Assembly: GCA_032718475.1 (NCBI GenBank)
Contig: JAUCBJ010009042.1
Coordinates: forward strand, 39,662 to 103,661
Direction of reading: 5' to 3'
Length of the DNA: 64,000 nucleotides
DNA from: Nemertoderma westbladi
Lineage: Eukaryota; Animalia; Xenacoelomorpha
This document shows, one piece after another, positions 27,071-38,623 of this stretch. Made by a program: the position numbers and the translations under genes. The notes beneath the pieces are model-generated. The model was not told the DNA's origin, did no database searches, and saw only the letters and a list, made by a program, of their open reading frames with translations. The first letter of the stretch is position 1, and each line of letters begins with the position of its first letter.

Positions 27071-29671
27071 ATGGACCCAAATCGCCAAATTATCGGCGAA
27101 TTACGTAACACGATAGATCTACTGGAATATTCGCAACCCGGATCCCCTGACTTTGATACAAACTGGAGCACCCTGCTAAATGAGAACGTGCGAGTCATTA
27201 AATTCATCGGGCGAGAGGGACCGGATTCTAAGAATCTACGAGCCCTCCGGTTAGCCGATGCTAGTACGAGACTGAAAAGAACTCGGAACGCAAAGGCAAC
27301 CGGAGGGGACGATTCGTCGTTTTGGGAAACGTTCCGGCAGAGCGTCTACAGATCCCGATGTTTGATCTACGACAACGAGGGAAACGCGACGCCCACCTCG
27401 AAGGCGATTACGTTGGCGAGATGTCAGAGTTTCGTCGACGACAAGAGTACGTACCTCGCCCACTGGGGAAACCTGTCGGAGTGTACGGCGACGCTTCGAG
27501 AGGAACGCGTATCGATTATCCAAAACCGCGACGACTACCAGGAAAAGTACGGGGCGAAAGAATACGGTCGATCCTTAGTCGTCGTCCTCGGAACCCTGGA
27601 CGGTTTGGTACTGGTGTGCCGAATATTCCCGACACCCAGACAGGAAGTGCAGGCAGCCGGAGCGATCTGGTTGCTGCCTCCGGAAATCCAAAAGATCCTC
27701 TTCGACTTCGACGTCATTAAAATCGGGTCGGATATCAAGGCGGACGTCCGGAACGACTACGCGAACGCTCCTGCAGGAAGAAACCGACGAGACGACCTCA
27801 ACGCCCTTAGCCATTGCATCGACACTCAAACGCTACTAGCCTGGTTACGATTCGCCGAGTTCATGCGAGGATTCCAAGAGGTGAGACCGACGAAGTCCGG
27901 GATCGGCTACCTCGCTGTGCTAAACGGCGGTATCGACTTCAAACCCCAGAAATTCCGGGACTATAATAAAATATACGGTGGATACCCGGGATTGGAAATA
28001 AAAAGCGAGCGAGAGGGTCGATGGAAGGACGTTGATCGGAAGTGGACGATACACCAAAGGTGGGAGAATCCCGATAGACGGAACTACGTTTACGTTGTTA
28101 TGGAGTGCTACACCGTCGCTAAGTTTATCTGTAAAACTCTCGATAACCTTATTACGGCGGTCCCCCTTTCCTTTGTCGACTACGACTGGAACGAGGTTAT
28201 AAACCACGCGTTTAAAGCGGTCGAGAACATTACACCGGGAGAATCGAAAACGCCCGCCGTTATCGATTCCTGGGACGAGAGCGGACCTTACGACATCCCT
28301 ACGATTACCGAACTTCTCGGTGCGGAGGAGCCTCTGATCTCTTCGGAAGGAGAAGAGATATGGCTAAACGAGGGTGTTCTACTCTCCACCCCGAAGCGAC
28401 AACTCGAGCCGGAGGCCGCGTATGGACCGGCCGCCAAACGGGTTGCCTCGGCCGAACCGATGAAGAGAGCAGGCGTTTACACCCCACGCGGCTCCGGTAG
28501 CCCCGCGAGGGAGGTAGCCACTACAGCTGCATTGAGCGACTTCGGCGACATATGCCAACGGTTATCCCCGTATCCTTTCCCGGGTGGCGAAGATTGGTCG
28601 TCGGAGATCCCGAGTACCAGCCACCAACGGACCCGCTCAGCGATACTGGTCGAGGAGGGCCCCAGCGATGCGCCGACCCCCGACGATCTCCTCGGTTTCC
28701 CTCCGTCTAAAACCCCGGCACCTCTTCGCCGACCAGCGGTGGCTACTACACCCGCCGTTCCTCAGGACCCTATGCGACTAACCCGTTGGTACGCCGAGCA
28801 AACTGAATGGATCCACCGCCAGAAACGGTCATCCGAGTTGAGACCAGCGGGACACAAAGAAGGTTATCGGAGCGAGAACCTACTACGCAAAAGCCTAGCA
28901 TTCCGCGGGCTACCGACCACCGAGAATATTCCGAAGAGCGACCGACGACTCGAATACTACGTCGGCGTCCCGATTCCGATATTTCCTGGTCGAGAGATGC
29001 AGTTGGAGGTATGCGGCGACTGTGGTTCGGAGCAGTGCCCACGCAGCAGAAGGAATCGGGTTACCGATTCATGCCTCCAGCTCCTCGGGATACTCTATTG
29101 CCCATACTGCGCGACATCGGGCCACGACGTTTCCGTCTGCCCGATCCTTTATAACCTCTGCACCACGTGCGGTTTCCGTGGACATTCCTCTAGCCCCCGC
29201 TGCTATATCAAATGTCCAACCAAAGACGTTACCGCTATGGGCAATATGGTCATGTTTGAAACATACGCAAACAGCCACTTAAAGACCAAGATTCGGAGAA
29301 ACGCTCGGAATATCGCGCAGGAGATGGCGTGCGGATATTTCTCCTTCCCGGAACGCCTCCACACGTCGGCCACGCTACCTTTCCATTACGTGGATCTGCT
29401 ACTGAGCACCGGATTATTCGGTCCATTTGAAGTCATTAGACGATTATACTCGTATAAAGAGGAGTTCGGTGACGGAGAATGGTTCCTAGAGGCACGCAAG
29501 TCTGAGTTGGAAAGACGAACCGACATGATCCCTATGCCATCGAAAGGAAGAGCCGCCAGGAGACAAGCCGAAGCGTTACTCACGATGGATGTGGACGCTC
29601 CTCTACCAGCCATAGCGATCGATGAGAGTCGACGGGCGAAGAGACGAAAGGCGTATCAGAGAAAGAAATAG
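27071..29671 (+). CDS. E1 ORF3 (866 aa): DEDD 3'-5' exonuclease (WRN/Mut-7/EXD-like), disordered linker, CCHC zinc knuckles, basic tail
   Basis: ExoI YDNEG, ExoII LPPEIQKILFDFDVIKIGSDIKAD then CIDTQ and SGIGYLA, ExoIII-like W...YVVMEC. Knuckles CPYCATSGHDVSVC (CX2CX4HX4C) and CTTCGFRGHSSSPRC. C-terminus RRAKRRKAYQRKK. The ORF is intact. Confidence 0.8.
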   Translation: MDPNRQIIGELRNTIDLLEYSQPGSPDFDTNWSTLLNENVRVIKFIGREGPDSKNLRALRLADASTRLKRTRNAKATGGDDSSFWETFRQSVYRSRCLIYDNEGNATPTSKAITLARCQSFVDDKSTYLAHWGNLSECTATLREERVSIIQNRDDYQEKYGAKEYGRSLVVVLGTLDGLVLVCRIFPTPRQEVQAAGAIWLLPPEIQKILFDFDVIKIGSDIKADVRNDYANAPAGRNRRDDLNALSHCIDTQTLLAWLRFAEFMRGFQEVRPTKSGIGYLAVLNGGIDFKPQKFRDYNKIYGGYPGLEIKSEREGRWKDVDRKWTIHQRWENPDRRNYVYVVMECYTVAKFICKTLDNLITAVPLSFVDYDWNEVINHAFKAVENITPGESKTPAVIDSWDESGPYDIPTITELLGAEEPLISSEGEEIWLNEGVLLSTPKRQLEPEAAYGPAAKRVASAEPMKRAGVYTPRGSGSPAREVATTAALSDFGDICQRLSPYPFPGGEDWSSEIPSTSHQRTRSAILVEEGPSDAPTPDDLLGFPPSKTPAPLRRPAVATTPAVPQDPMRLTRWYAEQTEWIHRQKRSSELRPAGHKEGYRSENLLRKSLAFRGLPTTENIPKSDRRLEYYVGVPIPIFPGREMQLEVCGDCGSEQCPRSRRNRVTDSCLQLLGILYCPYCATSGHDVSVCPILYNLCTTCGFRGHSSSPRCYIKCPTKDVTAMGNMVMFETYANSHLKTKIRRNARNIAQEMACGYFSFPERLHTSATLPFHYVDLLLSTGLFGPFEVIRRLYSYKEEFGDGEWFLEARKSELERRTDMIPMPSKGRAARRQAEALLTMDVDAPLPAIAIDESRRAKRRKAYQRKK

Positions 29672-29827
29672 TGGATCGGGATATTCCAGGAACATTTATC
29701 GAACATTTATTTTTATACAAACTCTAGGCCAAATTAATTAAAAACTATGCAATATTAAATTTGGGTTTTTTATATTGGGAATGACCTACGCAAACTCAAT
29801 CGACCGACAGACTTCACGAAGGTCATT

Positions 29828-29835
29828 GGGGGGGA
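29828..29835 (+). promoter_or_regulatory. E1 polypurine tract
   Basis: GGGGGGGA ending 1 nt before the 3' LTR. Confidence 0.8.
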
Positions 29836-29836
29836 C

Positions 29837-31447
29837 TGTTCGCGGTATTTCAACTTTCCATAACGCGAGTTGAATATTTTTGTATTTATTTAAAATTGAT
29901 TATTCCGATATTACTACTGGGTGCGGGACCATGGGTTTTGGGCACATTCAATAAACTGGGGGCGATTTATGGGCGAACTTTGGGGCAACTTACAGGGTAC
30001 GGGAATAATTTCATAGTTATAAGGGCCAGGGGGGGATGGAAAATGCAAGCAGTATTCAGGTTAGCCTGAGTACTATTAGGCCCTGGCCAACTTCCTGCTG
30101 CCTGTAGGGGTGGATTTGGTAATGCGCCAGGCCTAAAGGACAAGGACTGCCCTTAGCGGTCCCTGGCCAACAGCAGCCATTACGAGACTGAAAAGAACTC
30201 GGACCGCTGACTGCTTGTGTCAGGGATTTGCGACGGGAAACGACGGCCCCTTAGTAGCCAAGCCGTTCTGGTTCTCGATGATCGTTCCCTTCGGGGTTCG
30301 TGAGGGGTGGAGCGGACACGCGAACGGGTGGCCAACTAACGACTGCCCCCTGACCTAAGCCGTACTGGTTCTCGATGACCGATCCCTTCGGGGTTCGCGA
30401 GGGGTGGGACGGACATGCGAAAGGGCTGGCCACAGGACGGGTTTGACGAGAACTGCCCTTAGCGGTCTCTGGTCAACGGCAGCTACTACGAGACTGAAAA
30501 GAACTCGGAACGCTGACTGCTTGTACTGGGATTTGCGACGGGAACCGACGACAGACCCCTTAGCCAAGCCGTACTGGTTCTCGATGATCGTTCCCTTCGG
30601 GGTTCGTGAGGGGTGGAACGGACACGCGATGGGGTCGAAAGACAAAGGACTAGACTCGACTAGACTCTACTGGCCTACCGACTGTTCGGAGCAGTTTCTC
30701 GGCTGCCGAAGCGACTACGAGCCTGAAAGGGACTCGGAAAGCCTAGGTGGTTGGGTTTCTGTGATGAAACGACGGACCCCTAGCCAAGCCGTTCTGGTTC
30801 TCGATGATCGAACCCTTCGGGGTTCGTGAGGGGTGGAACGGACACGCGAACGGGTCCACCGACACGACAGACTCCTAGCCAAGCCGTACTGGTTCTCGAT
30901 GACCGAACCCTTCGGGGTTCGAGAGGGGTGGTACGGATACGCGACAGAGTCTACCGACTGGACCGACCCTTAGCCAAGCCGTGCTGGTTCTCGATGATCG
31001 TTCCCTTCGGGGTTCGTGAGGGGTGGAACGGACACGCAACAGGGTCGACCGACACCGACACTACGGCACTAAGACTAGGACCGAGGGAAAATCTGGGGAA
31101 CATTAGGTAGGCTAAAATCTGAGCGAACAGTGGGTTATTAAATAATATACCGTAGGGATTTATATTATCGTGTATAATTATTGTGAATATTTGGTGTATA
31201 TTGATTTGGGGAAGCCCAAAATTATTCTTAATCAAGTTTCAATGATGTTGAACAGGTTTCAACTATAGGAAGTTACATTAAAGAGTATATCCAACTAATG
31301 CAGCTTTTTATCAACCGCAAACTTGCATCTCAGAAATCATTCCTTCTCCAAAATCAATATCCGGTGACTGGCCGGGGCTCAGTGGTCTGTAAAGTCACGT
31401 CTCCAGCATCGGCGTTTTTCCCCCCTGGTGTTGGGATAACGGCAACA
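29837..31447 (+). repeat. E1 3' LTR
   Basis: Near-identical to 17040-18649 and followed by TSD AATTA. Confidence 0.96.
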
Positions 31448-32174
31448 AATTAATTATTTAAAATAAATAGAACTGAATTTCTTTGCTAACATACTGTTTT
31501 ATTTTATGAGTTGACAAGCCGACCTTCAAGATTAAATTCTTAAAAGTCATCGTTGAGTTTTCAAAGTCGCTTAAATGTTTATATCCGATTTTTTAGCGTC
31601 GTTTATAATGCAAGATCGAGTTTTACCACTGAAATCCAGATAGGGGGAGGGGGGGGGGGGGGGGGGGGGGAACTGGACGCAATAAAAATTCATCCCTCTC
31701 CAGGGGAAATTCGACGCAAATAACAGCTGATTACTTTCAATAATAAACCTGTAACCTGCTCTATTGCGTTTAGTTTATTGTTTTGGTTAAAATAACGTGC
31801 TACTGTAACCTGCTCCTTTCCCTAAATTGAGAATTTAACATTGAGGCGGGATATTAATTCGCAAGGCGGGTTTTGCGTCGAGTCCCCCCCCCCCTGTCAC
31901 CTGAAATCTCAAAGATTGAATTCTCACATTGTTGACTGTTTTTTTTTGAGTCAGAAAAATAATAAAAATATAAAATGTCCCTTCATATATGTATTCATAC
32001 TGTACCATATCCAACATAATTACATTTATTCCAAAAATATAATTATTATTATATTTATTAATATTTGTTAGGGTCGGCATATTAAGTACAGTATTATAAA
32101 ATAATCATATAAAGATAAAGCTAATATAATGTTGGCTTTAGAAGCATTTGCAAACAATGTACTATATTTAGAAT

Positions 32175-32450
32175 GTGGGGCGGCGTGCCAAGCTGTGAGC
32201 GAAGCCTTAGCATAGGGGTACCATTATTCCTTGTTAAAATTTAACCAAACTTGGTATGTTTGGAGTTTGTCAAAAGTTTATAAAGAACCCGAAGTTTGAG
32301 AAAAAAAATTCAGACAGTCAGTCATTCGGTATCGACAGTTTCAGAGTTTTGATAAAAACCGATATAAGTCGGTCAATCATTGATGATTAAACCATACTTG
32401 GTACGTATACACAGTCTTGTGCTGCGCGAAGGCCACACGAACGCGTACAG
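32175..32450 (+). mobile_element. Possible non-autonomous Helitron/Helentron-like repeat, short copy
   Basis: Shares a 5' block (gccttagc.tag.ggtaccatta, aaacttggta) and a 3' block (gtgctgcgcgaaggcc..acgaacg.gta) with 33970-35533. Confidence 0.35.
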
Positions 32451-32678
32451 TATACCGTACTGTAGTACAGTAAGCCGCATATCTAGAACCGGGGGTTCAT
32501 ATCTGTATTTTGGATATTTTGTATGTAATTAATCCGTCTAAATATCGTTTTAAAATTTTTAAGTAGAAATGCATGCAAATGAAACGAAGGCCTACAGTAT
32601 GTATCGCAGTTTACAAAATACATGATATATAATATATTAACGCCCACACAGTAGCATATTTTAATGAATTATTTGATG

Positions 32679-33458
32679 TTAACACTGTTCATGGTTCTCG
32701 CCCTGGTCCCGATCGCGGCTACCCTTTTCTTTCCTCTTAGCATCTATTCCCTTCTGGTTAATGGATCGCCTCAATTTGGGCCACATCGCATTTCTAAATA
32801 GTGAATTATTAAGACTGAATCGCTTCGTAACCATTTCTAAAATGTAAAATATATAATTATACTGTATATGGGTTATATTATAAATTAAACCAACATTATA
32901 GTAGTTTGCTGGGTCTAATCACGGTGGTGCTATTGATGTTGGTTTGTTTTCTTGGGCGGTAATTTTATTTCCGAAATCATTTTACACTTTTGATGGAATC
33001 GAGATAGATCAGGCCTCGTAATGTTGTTATCTTTCCATCGGACTAACTGCAATGCGACTTATACAATATACTGTAGTATAATAATATACATAATATACAA
33101 GATAAGTAGTACATTAGTCCATTTCACTACTTGTATATATGGGCCTACAGATGGTACTGTAATTCATTTTCTCACTATGCACTGACACATCGATTGTATG
33201 TATATCTCTTTAAAAAGTAGGCCTACTAACCTTTAAGAATATTGACCTTCAAATCTGGAGCTGCAGTTCTAAATGTTGAACCAATCGAATCGGGTTCTAT
33301 AATTGTTCCTATAAAATATTATCATCTGGTGTCATTATGCGTGACCATAGTTTGAGGCCAAATGAATTTATGGCAGCCTGTGGTGGGATTTTTGAGGTAA
33401 ATAGAGGAACACTTATGTCGAATACATTGAATTCCTTCCCATCATGAGAACTGGCAAC
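32679..33458 (-). pseudogene. Two spliced exons (33458-33231, 32836-32679) encoding a BEN-domain-like C-terminus, probably the accessory gene of the EnSpm/CACTA element
   Basis: Canonical ag/gt boundaries with a matching phase-1 junction give ...INSFGLKLWSRIMTPDD/fs/GTIIEPDSIGSTFRTAAPDLKVNILK-EMVTKRFSLNNSLFRNAMWPKLRRSINQKGIDAKRK. One frameshift near 33310. Confidence 0.5.
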
Positions 33459-33969
33459 CTGTAGTTAATAATGTGGGATAAATATTGGATAAGTACTGTA
33501 GTTCTAAAATCGTCGGAAATGACGAAAATATTACGAAATTGTCTAAATTATAAATATACCGGTAAAATATATTTACTAAAATTAATTATAACTAAAATAT
33601 AATTACTAAAATTAATTATAACTAAAATATAATTACTAAAATTAATTATAACTAAAATATAATTACACTATGCAAAAACTTACGTTACAGATGGATCGAC
33701 ATCGTATGAAGGTAACTTTCCGTTTCTTTTTTTAAACTAATAAAAAAATATCTGAGAATTTCACCCCATAAATAATTAATTTAAAATCATTTATATATCA
33801 ATATTTATATTATGAATTAATAAATATATAACTTTAAAGTTTAAACATAATAAAGTTAGTAAACCAAAGTAACAAGCTTTTCTCTCGTTTAGTAAGATTT
33901 AATATTCAGCTGATATCCGGAAAACAACCGCCAGATATCCGATCCGGCAGGATACCAAAAAGTGCTATA

Positions 33970-35533
33970 CCTGTGGGGCGAGCCACGAAGTGAGTGAGCC
34001 TTAGCGTAGTGGTACCATTAATCAACCTGTCGTTCTGTCGTTCTGTCGTTCTGTCGTGTTCAATTTTAAACGTTAATAACTCGGCCAATCTTTGATGAAA
34101 TCTATCCAAACTTGGTACACATGTTGTTTGGCAAAAGTTTAGAAATTTTCCAAGTAGAATTTCCGTGTGGCCTTTGAGAAGCTAAGATAATAGCAGTTAA
34201 TTAGTTAATTAAGTTGATTACGGTAAAAACACCATTTTCAACCTGCCTTTTAAAGGAAATTAATTGTTTTACAGTATAAGATTTAAATAATTATACTTAA
34301 AAATTATACAGATGTAATCCACATACGCCATTCTATTATAGTTTTTAATTAGTTCAAGTGATTTGCTTTAATAATTGTGTCTTTAATTGATATAAAGTAA
34401 TTAAAACGTCATAAAAAATTTATTCTCATTAAATACTGCTCATTTATTGGCTAACATGCTGGTACATAGATGGAAGGATGTAAGGCAGCCAGTTGCTGGG
34501 AATGATTATTGGTCAAGTCTCTGCTGGTGTGGAGCTAGCTTGGAGTTGTGGCTGTAGACTAACCAGAGAGGAATTGTAATACTGTAGGCAACCAGTATTG
34601 CTATTCCAGCCCAGACAGACAGGTAAATGACAGATATAATAACATAAATACTATCCATGGCATGGCTGTTGTAGGCTTCTGAAATAGTTTATTCCACAAT
34701 GTATATGTCTGGTTATTTTTTAATTGAATTTTTGCAAAGTAGTAAAATTAATGTTCTTAAAAATAATATTATTATTTTATAGGTAACCTAGGAAATTAGC
34801 TACATTTTTTCGCTGCAGCTTTAAGAGTGTACATTGATTTAATATTATTTCAATACCCATATTACTACATCGGCATAAGATGCGTTGGCGTTGTATCACA
34901 CACCTCCACATATCACACATCTCCACATAGATGTATCAACAGTTACTCACACAGTTTCGAAACTTCGCATAGTTATAACTGTATAAAGATCGTCAGTCTG
35001 CGTTTAGGAAAAATATTTTATGACAAAACAGGACAAGCGACGAGCGCAACGAGGCATATAATGAAGACGAGTACTGCGTTGACTAAATTATTATATAAAC
35101 CACCTGGCTTCACATATTGATCGCATCCCTAGTTATTATTATTATAAAGATCGTCCTAGCCTGCGTTTAAGAAATATATTTAAATACAAAACAGGACGAA
35201 CGCAAAGAGGCTTATAATGAAAACGAGTACTGTGTTAATCATATTCCTATAAACCACCTGGCTTTGCATATTTAACGTGCGATTGGAAATAAGTTCGTGC
35301 TACCCTTCCGTGGGTGGTAGATGTCGCGGTTATGTATTGGTGGTTGGGAAGGGTGGTGGGGGGGGGGGGGGGGGGGGATTAAAAGGGGTGAACACGTACT
35401 GTCCCCCTTTCTTTGATTGATTGGTGGTGTGGGTAAATTTCTCAAAACCTGATTTTGTGATACAGTCGCTCAATTTCAATTTGTATCTAATAACTGGGCC
35501 TCGTGCTGCGCGAAGGCCCCACGAACGTGTATA
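33970..35533 (+). mobile_element. Possible non-autonomous Helitron/Helentron-like repeat, long copy, intronic
   Basis: Same end blocks as 32175-32450, with a (CTGTCGTT)n micro-repeat near the 5' end as in DINE-1-like elements. Confidence 0.35.
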
Positions 35534-35632
35534 ACTTACTGTACGTACATTAATAACTTACCAAGTCTGAGGAATCAATAACATCATCTCCAACACTACC
35601 ATCAGCTAATGGGGTTGATACGTCACTGCTGT

Positions 35633-36331
35633 TTATTTCTGGTTGTCGCTCGTATAACGCCTCCGCAAAAGTCTAAATTCACGTTTTAGTACATTTCGGT
35701 CACGAGTATGTTGAACCCGTATTTCTTCTATTATTTCTTGCATCTCGGGATTGCCAGTACATGCAGAATTCGATTTTGAGGTACCGTTACTCGGATTAGT
35801 ACTACTAGTGTTGGCACTATTAGCTGCAGTTCCTGAACGTATCGATTTACTGACGCTACTTGTTGAACTGCGGTCGATATTGATATCCAGTGTTTTGGAT
35901 CTTTTTCCACAACGCTTTTCCTTTTCTTTAGCAATTGGTATAGGCATATCGTTATCTACAACATCAGATGAATCACTATCATCGAATTTCTTTTGAATAC
36001 GAACACGTTTCCTCGGATTATCTAATATGGCTGTAACATCATCATCAGATTCATCATTTCCGTCTCCCATTATTACAACATTTGATACAAAATCGTGTAG
36101 CTCGTCTGTGCTATATTCATCCAACTTTTTTAGGAGATCATCAGCCACTGATTTTGAAGATATACTAATTATTTTTACAATATTTCCTCTTATTCGTACT
36201 GTGTGTCCAGCCTTCCACTGAAGTTTGTCAGTCAATGACAAACCTGACAATAGCCGGTGGTTAATGCCATACACACCGTACTGTGTCGTCGATGGCCAGT
36301 ACAACGCAAAGCAAATTCGATCGCAAGCCAT
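35633..36331 (-). CDS. 232-aa ORF, likely first exon of the CACTA accessory (BEN-domain) gene
   Basis: ATG start directly downstream of the transposase, with acidic/basic and Ser-rich linker and a coiled coil. A splice-donor-like g|gtaagt lies at about 35555-35561. Confidence 0.5.
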   Translation of the reverse strand: MACDRICFALYWPSTTQYGVYGINHRLLSGLSLTDKLQWKAGHTVRIRGNIVKIISISSKSVADDLLKKLDEYSTDELHDFVSNVVIMGDGNDESDDDVTAILDNPRKRVRIQKKFDDSDSSDVVDNDMPIPIAKEKEKRCGKRSKTLDINIDRSSTSSVSKSIRSGTAANSANTSSTNPSNGTSKSNSACTGNPEMQEIIEEIRVQHTRDRNVLKREFRLLRRRYTSDNQK

Positions 36332-36433
36332 TTGTGTAATAATAGTTATAAGGCTCTATAAGTTATAAGCAAAGGCAAAATTACAGTATATTATCAGCCT
36401 AAATATAACAAGCCAGACCAGAATGTGCCCTAA

Positions 36434-37364
36434 TTAATTGTGCATATATGAAGTTGGTTCAGGAATTAAAATAATTTCATCTTCGAGTAAACAAAAAGGT
36501 GATTTAACAGCAACACACCTACACAGAATATCTGCAACTTTTTTATCTGAATGAAAATTCTTGCCTTCATCTTCTTGACTTACTATATTAAAAATTATAT
36601 TTTGTGTTGCTAAGACAGAAAACTTACTCTTTAAAGATTGTGTCTTTAGCGCCTTTTCAATTATGTCACCAGTTTTTTTCAGTGGTTGATAAACAACACT
36701 TGTTGGTAATCTGGTTGTAAAATCTAGTATGAAAGTCATTATCTTACCAAAAGTATCATCTTTAAATTTAACAAAATAGCTACATGACTTCCGTTTGTGC
36801 GTATATGAAAAATAATGCACTGTGACACCACTTGGGCTTACAATTCTGGAACAAGATTTTCCATCTTCGGAGATATCCAAAGGTGTATAATTCGCACTGT
36901 GATGAGTTTGAGTGAACAGCTGACTATAGAAAGAATCTTAGAAATGAAAGTATCATGTTTAGAGTGATACTTGAGAAACTCAATCCCTGCGTTTCTATAT
37001 GCTGTTATCTGACTCAGTATTACAGATACTGGGGATCCTTTTCTGTACATTAGCTTAATGAATGACCCCATATGGCTTTCAAATGAAAACATATTTGCCA
37101 CACTAAGGGGACATGGAATCTGTGCAATGTGATGCCGCAACAAATGAAAGTTAATGACACATATAGAAACTCCAAATGTGGCCATCAAATGGTCTGTGGA
37201 ATCTTTTAAGAACATAGAAGCCATCTCTCTATTATCATTTGATATTGAATCACAGCTTAATATATGCAGAGCAATACTTAGTTCTAATAAGCAAATCCTT
37301 ATAGGATCCGAAACATAATAAGATACAATTGGCACTAAGTAGTATAATGCGAGAAATCTGAATT
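36434..37364 (-). pseudogene. 3' part of an EnSpm/CACTA (CMC) transposase, frameshifted and interrupted by E2
   Basis: Reading from the E2 junction: (E)FRFLALYYLVP...INFHLLRHH...PLSVANMFSFESHMG, matching the EFRxFLLY and NxHxLxH...GPL...FxFES motifs. The C-terminal SYFVKFKDDTFGKIMTF is also typical. Confidence 0.75.
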
Positions 37365-38623
37365 TGTAAAAGCTTTTGTGGGATATAACTGGCCCTTTTG
37401 CTTTGCAATCCAGTTTCCCCCCAGGCGCTGGAATACTCTAAAAAGCTCTCTAACTCGAATGATGCAAAGCGACCGGCTGATTGGCTGATTTGTTATACGA
37501 GGGGCTCTTTACTATGTTCTATCGGCCAACCAGAGCTATAGCAGCAGAGTATGCAACCAGGACAACCGAGCGGAGTGACTCATTTTGTGTGTTGGCCAAG
37601 GGTTGCAAAATTCCTGATAGTTCGGCATTTAGATATTCGTGGAACTTGTGGAATCTGGTGTTCTGCCAATGAGAGCTATTCCTCTCTGTGTAAAAGATAC
37701 CTGCAACGGTGTTAGGGACAGTAGCAGTTTTTTGTGATACTGTTTTGTTGTTTCTATCTAGGCCAGGAACACCGGCTCTAGAATCAATTCGTTTCAGACT
37801 TTAGAAGAAACATTAGTAGGCTTAGATTATAGAACGTATAACTGTTATCAGTTCAACTCGGCCCAATTATCGGCACAGTCCAGTCTTAACGGCACATACA
37901 TTGTCATATCATATCTTAACCTACCGTCTTAATGCTTTTTACTGTTGTTATTATTTTGTATCAGTTGGTTGAATATTATTTGGAGAACATCTATAAAGAA
38001 CCCAAATTTCCCAATTTTCTTGATACACTACAGGTTAGAGAGACAGGTTACATATAGCGATTGCGACTTATATTATTGTGGTTTGTAGTGAATTTAATGC
38101 TATTTGATAAGCACTACATGAGTCAATTGCTGTTCTCTTTATATATGATAAAATTCATTGACAGTCGGCAAATTAGTGTGCAGTATTGTGCGTTACCGGT
38201 AGTGTGCATGATTGTGACTGATAACTAAGCATTTCCTAAAGAATGCGCCTCATACGTGAATCATAAGCCTTCCCGACTTACCGTTGTGTTTAGTATAAGT
38301 CATATCTCTGTTTACCTAGATAGAGCGCCACGTCCTAAAGGAACTGTTAATATTTCCCGAAAGTGAATAATATTAGTCAGAAATTATTTATTAACAATCA
38401 ATCGAATAATACAGTAAGCTTACACTGCAATAACAATCTAAGCCCTCCGAATCCAGTCTCCCGGGTATATCCAGCGGGTGAATGGACGCGCACTAGACTG
38501 GCTTCGACTAATGTTGTGTTTATTGGTATTAAATATTTGTCATTTACTAAAGTCTATTTATAAACCAAAAGACATATAAATTTTGGCAGGTTAAACTGCT
38601 AAAGGTCTTCAAAAGCGCGTACA
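37365..38623 (+). repeat. E2 5' LTR
   Basis: TGTAAAAGC...GCGTACA. About 3 substitutions versus 62739-63997. Confidence 0.96.

Larger units (their letters stand above)
17040..31447 (+). mobile_element. E1: full-length BEL/Pao LTR retrotransposon with extra exonuclease-zinc-knuckle ORF
   Basis: TG...CA LTRs of 1610/1611 bp, 5-bp TSD AATTA (17035-39, 31448-52) and PPT GGGGGGGA before the 3' LTR. Gag carries BEL-type triple Cys/His knuckles and pol has PR-RT-RH-IN order. Confidence 0.96.

Noticed and set aside
29090-29205. Zinc fingers as a captured Nanos domain
   Set aside because: The CP.L...C..CG resemblance is superficial. The spacing is CX2CX4HX4C (retroviral/Air2-type knuckle), not Nanos CX2CX12HX10C.
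27071-29671. ORF3 as an envelope glycoprotein
   Set aside because: No signal peptide, transmembrane helix or fusion-protein cysteine pattern. The cysteines form CCHC knuckles.
31643-31670. Poly-G tracts (also 35358-35377) as functional G-quadruplex elements
   Set aside because: Homopolymers are common in repeat-rich DNA, and no other evidence supports a function.
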